Assembly: GCA_965233865.1 (NCBI GenBank)
Contig: OZ247587.1
Location: forward strand, 864,001 to 928,000
From: Candidatus Neptunichlamydia sp.
GTDB taxonomy: Bacteria > Chlamydiota > Chlamydiia > Chlamydiales > Simkaniaceae
Reading direction: 5' to 3'
Length of the DNA: 64,000 bases
Shown: piece after piece, positions 9,497-17,821 of the stretch
Layout: every line of letters starts with the position of its first letter
How positions within the stretch are numbered: position 1 is the first letter of the stretch
The notes under the pieces: generated by a model
What the model was told of the DNA's origin: nothing
Databases searched by the model: none
The model's input: the letters and a program-made list of their open reading frames with translations, nothing else
Program-made: the position numbers and the translations under genes

Positions 9497-10614
9497 CACT
9501 CATCGTCCTTCTTTTTCTTGCCTTTTGTCATAGGAGTCACCTGTTTGATCCCTGCTTGACGCTTTTTCTGCATCATCTCTTGAATCTCTCCTTTATCTGT
9601 AGGCTGCTTCTCTTTTTCCTTAGGGAGAAACCCTTTTGCGATGTTGGAAATCTTTCCTTTTTCAGGATCTACCCCTTGTTGACTTACAGCTTGAATCATT
9701 TTTTCTTCCGATTCAATGCTGATCGCAGAAGAGCTCTTGAGTCGATCTGACAGGTGACGGAGCGATTCAAGACGCTGAGATAAAGCTTCGAGTTTTGTAT
9801 CAATCTTCACGCGTGAGCTTCCTCGAAGGCTTGCAATAAGCTGAGCTTCTGTATCAAATTTCGCAGAGAAGGTCACCGCAGTACTGGTAAAGTCAGGGTT
9901 AAATTGAAAGGGGCGCATAGCAGGAGGAACTGTCATATAGATATCAAGGGTATACTGGGGTTCAAGCTCTACTTTTTGCGCTTGCTTCGGAGGACGTCCT
10001 CGTTTAGGGCGAGGGTTCAATGCCTCATTAGAATAATAGATCTTTGATTTTGTGGTGATTGCATCACGAGCACCTTGAATTTCTTTTGAAACTTTTACTT
10101 CGAAAAGGTTATGCCTCACTTTCTCTAAGATTGGCTTGACGATATCAAGATCTTCTTCAAATGCAAATTGAATCGACTCTTGGCGCAGCCATTCGATAAT
10201 ACGAATCCGAGAACGTTCGTGATAATACTGCTGCCACTTTTCGAGCTCGGTTAGGTGATCATAAATGAATTCGAGAAAATTTTCCCGCGACTCTTTAGAC
10301 CCGATGATATCTAGAAGTTTTTCCTTTGTGTCGATGTCGTAAACCTTTTCATTCACAAACCCTTCCATAAACTTCTTGGTTTCATAATAGGTCATCTTCG
10401 GAAGAAGGCGATATCTCTCTTGATTTTTTTGAAGTTCTTTCTCTAGGCGATCAAGTTCTTCAGAATTTTTGTCGAGGTCTGCGAACACCAAAAAACCTTC
10501 TAAAGTGTCGAGATAAAAGTCTCTCTCATCATCGGACTTTGCAAAGGCGTCCATTAGTCTGTGGAACCGGAGAATAAGAGGGTTTTGTGCTTCTTGTTGT
10601 TTCTGCTTTACCAT
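9496..10614 (-). CDS. UPF0158 family chlamydial protein
   Basis: N-terminus QNPLILRFHRLMDAFAKSDDERDFYLD and RPKRGRPPK match the conserved chlamydial UPF0158 protein as recalled. Confidence 0.75.
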   Translation of the reverse strand: MVKQKQQEAQNPLILRFHRLMDAFAKSDDERDFYLDTLEGFLVFADLDKNSEELDRLEKELQKNQERYRLLPKMTYYETKKFMEGFVNEKVYDIDTKEKLLDIIGSKESRENFLEFIYDHLTELEKWQQYYHERSRIRIIEWLRQESIQFAFEEDLDIVKPILEKVRHNLFEVKVSKEIQGARDAITTKSKIYYSNEALNPRPKRGRPPKQAQKVELEPQYTLDIYMTVPPAMRPFQFNPDFTSTAVTFSAKFDTEAQLIASLRGSSRVKIDTKLEALSQRLESLRHLSDRLKSSSAISIESEEKMIQAVSQQGVDPEKGKISNIAKGFLPKEKEKQPTDKGEIQEMMQKKRQAGIKQVTPMTKGKKKKDDE

Positions 10615-10722
10615 TGGAACTGCTCAATAAAAATTTAAATGAAGGAAGAACCTATGGTATCAACAAATTCCCTATCTTTCAAGTAGGAAATGATGTATAT
10701 CCTCTGAGGAAAGGAACTAGGT

Positions 10723-11994
10723 ATGCTTGACATCAAACTCATACGTGGCAATCCCACGGAAATCGAAAAAAAACTTCAAACAAAAGATCCTGAAGCAAGC
10801 TTAAAAAAAATCTTAAGTTTTGATGAAGAGATTCGCGCACTTAAGGCTGAAAGCGAAGAGCTTAAAACGGGCCGCAATCAAAGCGCTAAAGAAATTGGGA
10901 AACTCAAAAGAAAAGGAGAAGATACTACCAATCTTTTGAAAACAATAGAAGGTGTAAAAGAAAAAATTTCAACCCTCGACCACAAACTTTCTGAGCTTGA
11001 AGAGCAATTGAATTTTGAACTAGGATGCCTTCCCAATCTCCCGGCTGATGATATCAAGGCTTCTCTTGACCCACAAGAAAATGTTTTAATCAAGTCTGTT
11101 GGCACAAAACCTTTTTTTTCCTTTCAACCTAAAAACCACATGGAACTCAATGAAAAGCTCCAGCTGTTTGATTTCAAAAGGGGAGCGAAAATTGGAGGAA
11201 GTGGCTGGCCCTCTTACCGCGGCATGGGTGCTCGCCTAGAGTGGGCTCTCATTAATTTTATGATCGACACCCACGTTTCAAACGGTTTTGAGCAGTGGAT
11301 GCTCCCCTTAGTCGGCCGCCCCGATATCTTATTTGGATCCGCTCATCTTCCAAAGTTTGAAGATCAACTTTTTAAGCTCCAAGATAAAGACCATCACCTC
11401 TACATGATCCCCACTTCTGAAGCAGTCCTCAACGGAATTCACTACGATGAAATCCTTGACGCTGATACTCTCCCTCTCAAATACACCTCTTACTCCCCAT
11501 GTTTTAGAAAGGAAGCAGGTGCTGCAGGCTCTCAAGAAAGAGGACTTATCCGCACGCACCAATTCAACAAGGTGGAAATGTTCTGCGTTACCCACCCTGA
11601 AGAAAGTCAAAAAATCTATGATCTAATGGTTCAAAGTGCTGAAGAAATTCTTCTTGCGCTTGGAGTTCACTACCGCTCTATGCTTCTTGTCACAGGTGAT
11701 ATGTCTTTTGCTTCTTCAAAAACAATTGACTTGGAAGTTTGGCTCCCTGGACAAGACCGTTATTATGAAGTCTCTTCGATTTCTAACTGTACTGATTTTC
11801 AGGCGCGCAGATCGCGCATACGCTTCAAAAAAGGGAACGAAAAACCTGAATTTGTCCACACTCTGAATGGATCTGGCCTTGCTACTTCCCGGCTGATGGT
11901 TGCTCTTTTGGAAAACAATCAACAAGAGGACGGTTCAGTGGTGATTCCAACCATCCTCCATAAATACTTGGATGGAATGCACGCCCTAACTTAA
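10723..11994 (+). CDS. serS: Serine--tRNA ligase
   Basis: MLDIKLIR, PTSE, CFRKEAG, HQFNKVE, EVSSISNCTDFQARR, HTLNGSGLA. Confidence 0.98.
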   Translation: MLDIKLIRGNPTEIEKKLQTKDPEASLKKILSFDEEIRALKAESEELKTGRNQSAKEIGKLKRKGEDTTNLLKTIEGVKEKISTLDHKLSELEEQLNFELGCLPNLPADDIKASLDPQENVLIKSVGTKPFFSFQPKNHMELNEKLQLFDFKRGAKIGGSGWPSYRGMGARLEWALINFMIDTHVSNGFEQWMLPLVGRPDILFGSAHLPKFEDQLFKLQDKDHHLYMIPTSEAVLNGIHYDEILDADTLPLKYTSYSPCFRKEAGAAGSQERGLIRTHQFNKVEMFCVTHPEESQKIYDLMVQSAEEILLALGVHYRSMLLVTGDMSFASSKTIDLEVWLPGQDRYYEVSSISNCTDFQARRSRIRFKKGNEKPEFVHTLNGSGLATSRLMVALLENNQQEDGSVVIPTILHKYLDGMHALT

Positions 11995-12605
11995 CCCATA
12001 AAATGAGATAATGTGTTAAAAAAGCCATTATCAATCCGTTCTTGTAATTCCTTCTCATCTTTGGAACTATCAATTATAGTGCCTATAATCGTTCCCATAT
12101 CGCGAAAAGACTGGGTTTGATCAGCAGAGGTCACCAGTCTAAACAGCGTACATTTTGCGAGAGCTCGGTTCGCTAAATCACCAACATGTGCAATAAACAT
12201 TTCTTTATCAATTTCTCTCTCTCCACTTTTTTCAAAAAAGAAAAATTCTTCAAGAATTGCGTCTTTAGCTTGCCACATCTGAAAAGTAAAGTAGGCGGAG
12301 CCGACCATCGTAGCCTTACAGATCCAACTAATGGGCCAGGGCATCACTTTCGATGCCAAATAGCAACCAATCGTAACCGCTACCCCTGTGACTTCTAGAG
12401 TCTGTACAGGCTGCAGAATGTCAAGTACAATATTCTTAATTTCTTTTGCTGTAGGATTTTCTTTTTGATTCTTATATTTTACAAGAACACTTTTCCCATG
12501 CAGTTTGAGAGCTTCTTGGGCTTCTTGAGGACTCGAATTTAGTGACTTCCATGCTTGCAAACCTTTATTGGTCACCCAACCAGTAAAAACTGCCATATTT
12601 TCCAT
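11991..12605 (-). CDS. Hypothetical protein with hydrophobic hairpin (Inc-like candidate)
   Basis: Open ORF, probable ATG 12605 preceded by GAGG. Central hydrophobic stretch of about 40 aa. Confidence 0.6.
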   Translation of the reverse strand: MENMAVFTGWVTNKGLQAWKSLNSSPQEAQEALKLHGKSVLVKYKNQKENPTAKEIKNIVLDILQPVQTLEVTGVAVTIGCYLASKVMPWPISWICKATMVGSAYFTFQMWQAKDAILEEFFFFEKSGEREIDKEMFIAHVGDLANRALAKCTLFRLVTSADQTQSFRDMGTIIGTIIDSSKDEKELQERIDNGFFNTLSHFMG

Positions 12606-12691
12606 TGATTGTTCCTCTTGTTTCGAATTGAAGAGGTTTGATTTTAAATTTTCCTTAGATAAAAGAAAAGATTTTTGTACAATGCAAAGAT

Positions 12692-13966
12692 ATGACATAT
12701 GATGCACTCAAAGACCTCCTCCGTTTTTTAGGGGATAGTCCTACAGCGTGGCATGCAACCCTCGAAATTGGGAACCGCTTAGCGCAACAGGACTACACTC
12801 CACTTGACGAACAAGAAAAATGGGATCTCAAACCCGGGAGTGCCTACTTTGTCGAAAGAGGTGGCTCGATCTGTGCATTTGTTTTACCAAGACAATCTCC
12901 AAAGAAAACAACTATCCTTGCTTCTCATACCGATAGTCCCGCACTTAAACTGAAGCCAAACCCTGTCTTTATTGATGAAGGACTCCCTTTCCTCCGCGTT
13001 GAAACTTATGGAAGCCCTATTCTAAGTACATGGATGAACCGCGACCTGGTGATTGCAGGACGTCTGCTTCTTTCAAAGGGCGACACCATTGATCAGCAAC
13101 TAGTTCTCCTAGACCACGCTCCTGTGATGATTCCAAGCCTTGCAATCCATTTAGATCGTGATACGAATGAAAAGCCAAAAAAAATTGATAAGCAACACCA
13201 CCTCTGCCCTCTTCTAGGGATCCACGGAAAACATCGAGAACCGGGGAAAATCTTTGAACAGCTCACTGGAATCAAACAAAACGAACTATTAGGCGCCGAT
13301 CTGTACCTTATCCCTGATGAAAAGCCCCGTCTCACTGGAATTACAAGCGATCTAGTAAGCTCTTACCGCCTCGATAACCTGGCTAGTGCACACGCCTCTC
13401 TCCTTGCCCTTTTAGGGGCTGAAAAACACCCAAAAAGCACCATTCAAATGGCGATTTTCTGGAATCATGAGGAGATTGGGTCTGGAACAGATGAAGGGGC
13501 AAGTTCTCCTTTTTTTATCGATATTCTTAAACGCATCTCCCTCTCCTACAAAATGGGAGAAGAAGATTTTCTCAGGATGAAGCAAGGATCTCATTTTGTA
13601 TCGATCGATATGGCCCACGCTTTCCACCCTAGATATAAAAGCAGGTACGATAAAGAAAATGCTCCCAAAATTGGTGGTGGTGTTGTGATTAAGTACAATG
13701 CAAATCACCGCTATGCAACTTCAGGACTTACAGCAGCCCAAATTGTGAAACTATGCCAGAAGAAAAATATCCCTCACCAATCGTTTGCCTCGGAATCAAA
13801 CCTTCCTTGTGGAAGCACTGTCGGAGCAATCACTGCTGCCCAAACGGGAATCCAAACAGTTGATATTGGCCTTGCACAGTTTTCCATGCATGCCGCGCGT
13901 GAGCTCATCTCTACATCTGATCACCTTGAGCTTTGCAAACTTCTCAAAAATATTCTAGAGAACTAG
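12692..13966 (+). CDS. apeB: M18 family aminopeptidase (aspartyl aminopeptidase-like)
   Basis: SPTAWH, SHTDSP, RLDNL, HEEIGS, DMAH, CGSTVG, MHAARE. Confidence 0.92.
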   Translation: MTYDALKDLLRFLGDSPTAWHATLEIGNRLAQQDYTPLDEQEKWDLKPGSAYFVERGGSICAFVLPRQSPKKTTILASHTDSPALKLKPNPVFIDEGLPFLRVETYGSPILSTWMNRDLVIAGRLLLSKGDTIDQQLVLLDHAPVMIPSLAIHLDRDTNEKPKKIDKQHHLCPLLGIHGKHREPGKIFEQLTGIKQNELLGADLYLIPDEKPRLTGITSDLVSSYRLDNLASAHASLLALLGAEKHPKSTIQMAIFWNHEEIGSGTDEGASSPFFIDILKRISLSYKMGEEDFLRMKQGSHFVSIDMAHAFHPRYKSRYDKENAPKIGGGVVIKYNANHRYATSGLTAAQIVKLCQKKNIPHQSFASESNLPCGSTVGAITAAQTGIQTVDIGLAQFSMHAARELISTSDHLELCKLLKNILEN

Positions 13967-14253
13967 GTTCTGTTGAGAAATTTTTATAAATAGTGTAGAT
14001 TGATATTTAGCTTCCAGATCATCATCTCTTATGCCATTTCTAGCTAAAAAGATGACAAACTCCATGACTTGATTGGTCTGTGCTGCATTGAGCTCTTTTT
14101 CGAGAGTATTTCCATAAGCTACTTCCCAGAAAAAATCTATGATTCTTTGATAGGACAACGTCTCGTAATTGAGCTGTGTTGCGTTATCGTGGATTTGGAG
14201 CTGTGGTGGGATTGAGGGAGTGTAAAATGGCTTAAAACTCGATTAAATACAAT
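13955..14253 (-). pseudogene. Truncated gene fragment next to the IS1 remnant
   Basis: The frame is open upstream of the listed ORF (...PSIPPQLQIHDNATQLNYETLSYQRIIDFFWEV...FVIFLARNGI). It lacks a proper start and runs into the end of the aminopeptidase gene. Confidence 0.45.
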
Positions 14254-14302
14254 CTAGCGAGTTTGAGTATAATTAGTTAGGGTTTAATGTGTTTGAGAGT
14301 GT

Positions 14303-14825
14303 TTACCTAAAAGTTGATATCCCTAATTTTTGAAACGCAGTGAATATTTTGGGATCTGAAAGAGCACACCACAACTTAATAGTTGTATCAACCATTTCCT
14401 TTGTTTTAGAAAGCACTTTTGTCTTCCTTGTCATTCTCTCAAGGTGATGGCGAGTGTTACTATTATCCTGCTCGATAGCAGTAGTCCCAGACTTTCCTAT
14501 TACATGCCGAGATTTGGGAAGAACCTTTGCGAAAGCGGGCCAGTCGTCGGTGAAAAATATACACTCTTTTAAATGACTGACTTTATCATAGAGCTTTCGG
14601 AACGTTGCAACGCTACGACGACCGAGCACCCATGCGATAGTTTTTCTTGAAGCACGATCCAAGGCCTTGATGATCCACAATTTGTTTTTTTTGAACCAAT
14701 AAAGTGCCACATCTCATCAAACTCCATTTCCTTAATATTCGAAGGAATTTTAGGCTTATCTATGAGTTCACCTGCTTTGCGTATCCACTTTAATACGGCA
14801 GCTCTTGTAACTCCAAACAATTTGT
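14303..14825 (-). mobile_element. IS1-family transposase remnant, 5' truncated
   Basis: FGVTRAAVLKWIR...EFDEMWHFIGSKK, then a frameshift at an A8 run to NKLWIIKA...FFTDDW...IEQDNSNTRHHL. The N-terminal zinc ribbon is absent. Confidence 0.88.
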
Positions 14826-14901
14826 CTATAAAACCATACGATTAGAGATTACAAGCCTAAGATTGTGTTGATCAATATTCATTGTTTGATAGAATGGTAC
14901 C

Positions 14902-15678
14902 ATGACATCAAAAACGCCAAAGCAATCCCACGAACATTTTGAAGGAAAAGATGTTATTGAGCATTTGAAGATTGCCCGAGAAAAAGGCGCCAAAGCAACA
15001 GCAGAATCCCATGGAACCGAAACTCCTGGCCATATCTCTGCTGGGGCAGATAGTGCAAAAGAAACAGCGATCTTTTTTTTGGGAATGTGGATTCTATTTA
15101 GCGCGCTTGGGATCTCCACATCAAAAGCGTTGTGGCTCCTAGGTCTTTTTGCTGCAGGCTGGCTTCTTTGGAAAATAGGAAGAAGCAGTTTGCTTGGATG
15201 GGCCCGTTTGGAGCGCTTGCACCGTTTGATTGAGCAAGAACAATGGGAAATCCAGCATCACCGAGCACAGGAGAAAGAAGAACTCACTGCTATGTATCGA
15301 CAGAAAGGGCTGACAGGAAAACTTCTCGACCAGGTGATTGAAGTACTTATGGCTGATGACAATCGTCTTCTTCGGGTAATGCTTGAAGAAGAGTTGGGCC
15401 TAACGCTTGAATCTTATGAGCATCCTCTAAAACAAGCCGTTGGGGCCGGTATTGGTGTCATCGTTGCAACACTTTGCGCCGGTATTGGATATTTTTTTGG
15501 AGGATTTCTTGGAACAATTTTTGCTTTAGCAATTGTTTTTTCCTCAGCCACTCTTCTTGCGAGCAAACTTGAAGGAAATCAACTTATTAAGTCACTGGTT
15601 TGGAATTTAGCTGTGGGAATACTAGTAATTGGCAGTATTCATCTATGTGCAAAATGGATGGACCATGTCTTCCTCTGA
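14902..15678 (+). CDS. VIT1/CCC1 family Fe/Mn transporter
   Basis: EKEELTAMYRQKGL...VMLEEELGL...HPLKQA pattern with flanking TM helices. Overlaps the ATPase gene. Confidence 0.85.
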   Translation: MTSKTPKQSHEHFEGKDVIEHLKIAREKGAKATAESHGTETPGHISAGADSAKETAIFFLGMWILFSALGISTSKALWLLGLFAAGWLLWKIGRSSLLGWARLERLHRLIEQEQWEIQHHRAQEKEELTAMYRQKGLTGKLLDQVIEVLMADDNRLLRVMLEEELGLTLESYEHPLKQAVGAGIGVIVATLCAGIGYFFGGFLGTIFALAIVFSSATLLASKLEGNQLIKSLVWNLAVGILVIGSIHLCAKWMDHVFL

Positions 15679-17605
15679 GTCCCCCTATATCTTTGATGAA
15701 TTTTTTACTTCAGGGCAGGAAGAAAGTATTAGTCCATTCCTAAAAAAGGGATCTCGTGCTTGGGCAAAAAACCTGAGCCTAAAAAGCTCTTTGCTTGCTG
15801 GGTTTTTCCTTCTAAATTCTTTTGTTGCCAAGTTTTTCATGCCAGATCTTTCGCACCTCTTTTTGCTTCTAGTCTATTTTTTAGTCGGAACTCCTGCGCT
15901 ACTCCACACGATTGAAGATATTAAAAACTTAGAAATTAACATCGATGTTTTGATGACACTTGCCGCCTTTCTGTCTTTTTTAATCGGGAGCCAAATGGAG
16001 GGCGGTTTGCTTCTTGTTCTCTTTGCATTTTCTGGAGCGCTAGAAGAATCCGTTTCAAGACGTGCCAAGGGAGCTCTCATTAATTTAAATCATCTTTCTC
16101 CCACAGTCGGAATGGTTATTGGAGAAGATGGAACCCTATTTCAGAAATCTGTGCGAGAAATCAATATAGGAACACGTCTTCTTATACGCGCAGGTGAAGT
16201 TGTCCCTCTCGACGGAAATGTAATCGATGGCTCCTCATTTATAAACCTTGTTCACCTAACGGGGGAAAGTGTCCCTGTTTCCAAGACTCCAGGCGACGCC
16301 GTGCAAGCAGGAAGCCGTAATCTTGATGGAACGTTGACAGTTGAGGTAATGAAAACCAGCGCTGAATCCACCCTTTCCAAAATCATAAAACTGATTAATG
16401 AAGCGCAAGGAATGAAGCCAAAACTCCAACGCTTTTTAGATAAGTTTGGAAAACGCTATGCAATCACTATTATTTCCCTCTTTTTTATTTTTGCTCTCAC
16501 TCTTCCATGGTTTTTTTCGATTCCCTTCTTGGGAATTGAAGGCTCTCTCTACCGAGCACTCACCTTTTTGATTGCAGCATCTCCTTGCGCTTTAATCATC
16601 GCAACGCCGACAGCCTACCTCAGCTCTATTAGCGCATGCGCACGAAAAGGGGTCTTATTGAAGGGGGGGGTAACACTGGATGCCTTTGCCGCATGCCATA
16701 CCATTGCCTTTGATAAAACAGGAACACTCACAACAGGAAAGCTCACCTGTACAGGGATCGAACCTATTGGCTCGGTTTCCTATTCTATTGATGCTGCCAT
16801 TAGTGTTGCAAGTGCTCTAGAGCGTCACGTCACACACCCTATGGCCGAAGCCATCTGCATCTATGCAGATGGAAAGAAGATCCAACCAACGACTCTTACC
16901 CATTTTCAATCGGTTCCAGGGTTTGGCCTAAAGGGGTGCGCAAAACTTGACGGAAAAAGTGTTGAAGTGAAGATCGGGAACGAAGCCTTTATCTCTCCAG
17001 ATAAACCTTTAGATAAGAAAGGGGAAATGATCTCCTTCTTGCAGATAGGTGAATCTCTTTTTGATTTCCGCTTCTTTGATACTCTGCGCCCTGAAGTGAA
17101 AAAGGTTCTGGCAGCCTTCAAAGAAAAAAACTTGGAAGTAGTAATGCTCACTGGAGATCATGCAGAAAGTGCACATGCTGTTGCAAAAAAACTTGGTATT
17201 GATCAAGTTTATGCCGATCTGCGCCCTGAACACAAGCTTGAAACTGTTTCTAAGCTTTCTGCAGAGAAACATCTTGCAATGGTAGGAGATGGAATCAACG
17301 ATGCGCCCGCTCTGACCCGTGCAAGCGTCGGAATCTCTATGGGGAAAATCGGTAGTGCCGCTGCCATCGATGCTTCGGACATCGTCCTTCTCCAAGATGA
17401 CCTCCACCTCGTCAGCTGGCTTCATAATAAAGCAAAGAAAACAATGCTCATCGTCCGAGAAAATCTCACTCTTGCGCTCGGTGTCATTATTCTTGCAACA
17501 ACGCCTGCTCTCCTAGGGATTATTCCTCTTTGGCTAGCTGTGATCCTTCATGAAGGAGGCACCGTTCTTGTCGGCCTTAACAGCCTTAGGCTATTGCGCA
17601 AATAA
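15665..17605 (+). CDS. zntA: Heavy-metal P-type ATPase, P1B-4 subgroup
   Basis: LTGES, SPC (AASPCAL), DKTGTLT, HP, TGD, GDGINDAPAL, HEGGT. Confidence 0.95.
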   Translation: MSSSESPYIFDEFFTSGQEESISPFLKKGSRAWAKNLSLKSSLLAGFFLLNSFVAKFFMPDLSHLFLLLVYFLVGTPALLHTIEDIKNLEINIDVLMTLAAFLSFLIGSQMEGGLLLVLFAFSGALEESVSRRAKGALINLNHLSPTVGMVIGEDGTLFQKSVREINIGTRLLIRAGEVVPLDGNVIDGSSFINLVHLTGESVPVSKTPGDAVQAGSRNLDGTLTVEVMKTSAESTLSKIIKLINEAQGMKPKLQRFLDKFGKRYAITIISLFFIFALTLPWFFSIPFLGIEGSLYRALTFLIAASPCALIIATPTAYLSSISACARKGVLLKGGVTLDAFAACHTIAFDKTGTLTTGKLTCTGIEPIGSVSYSIDAAISVASALERHVTHPMAEAICIYADGKKIQPTTLTHFQSVPGFGLKGCAKLDGKSVEVKIGNEAFISPDKPLDKKGEMISFLQIGESLFDFRFFDTLRPEVKKVLAAFKEKNLEVVMLTGDHAESAHAVAKKLGIDQVYADLRPEHKLETVSKLSAEKHLAMVGDGINDAPALTRASVGISMGKIGSAAAIDASDIVLLQDDLHLVSWLHNKAKKTMLIVRENLTLALGVIILATTPALLGIIPLWLAVILHEGGTVLVGLNSLRLLRK

Positions 17606-17821
17606 CTTTGTGCTCTTTGACATCTGAGTATTGAGTGTATTTCGCTCATTTTCAGGTTAACTAAGAGGATTCGATTCATTCCCTTTCTCTATTCTCTATC
17701 TATTTTTCTATTTATCATTTTTGTGGGTTTTGGAAAAAGAAAGGAAATCGTATGGTGAGACTATGGGGGCGTCTGAATCTCGAGGTCACCCCTGTATCCT
17801 GTTGAAGTCAAAAGAGGTGGG

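Noticed and set aside
14680..14700. A8 frameshift in the IS1 transposase as a novelty
   Set aside because: Frameshifting at an A-run is normal for IS1-family elements, and this copy is truncated anyway.
17750..17800. Possible riboswitch or leader stem before gdhB (GGTGA...TCACC)
   Set aside because: Only a 5-bp stem, no recognisable aptamer consensus, and it probably overlaps the promoter.
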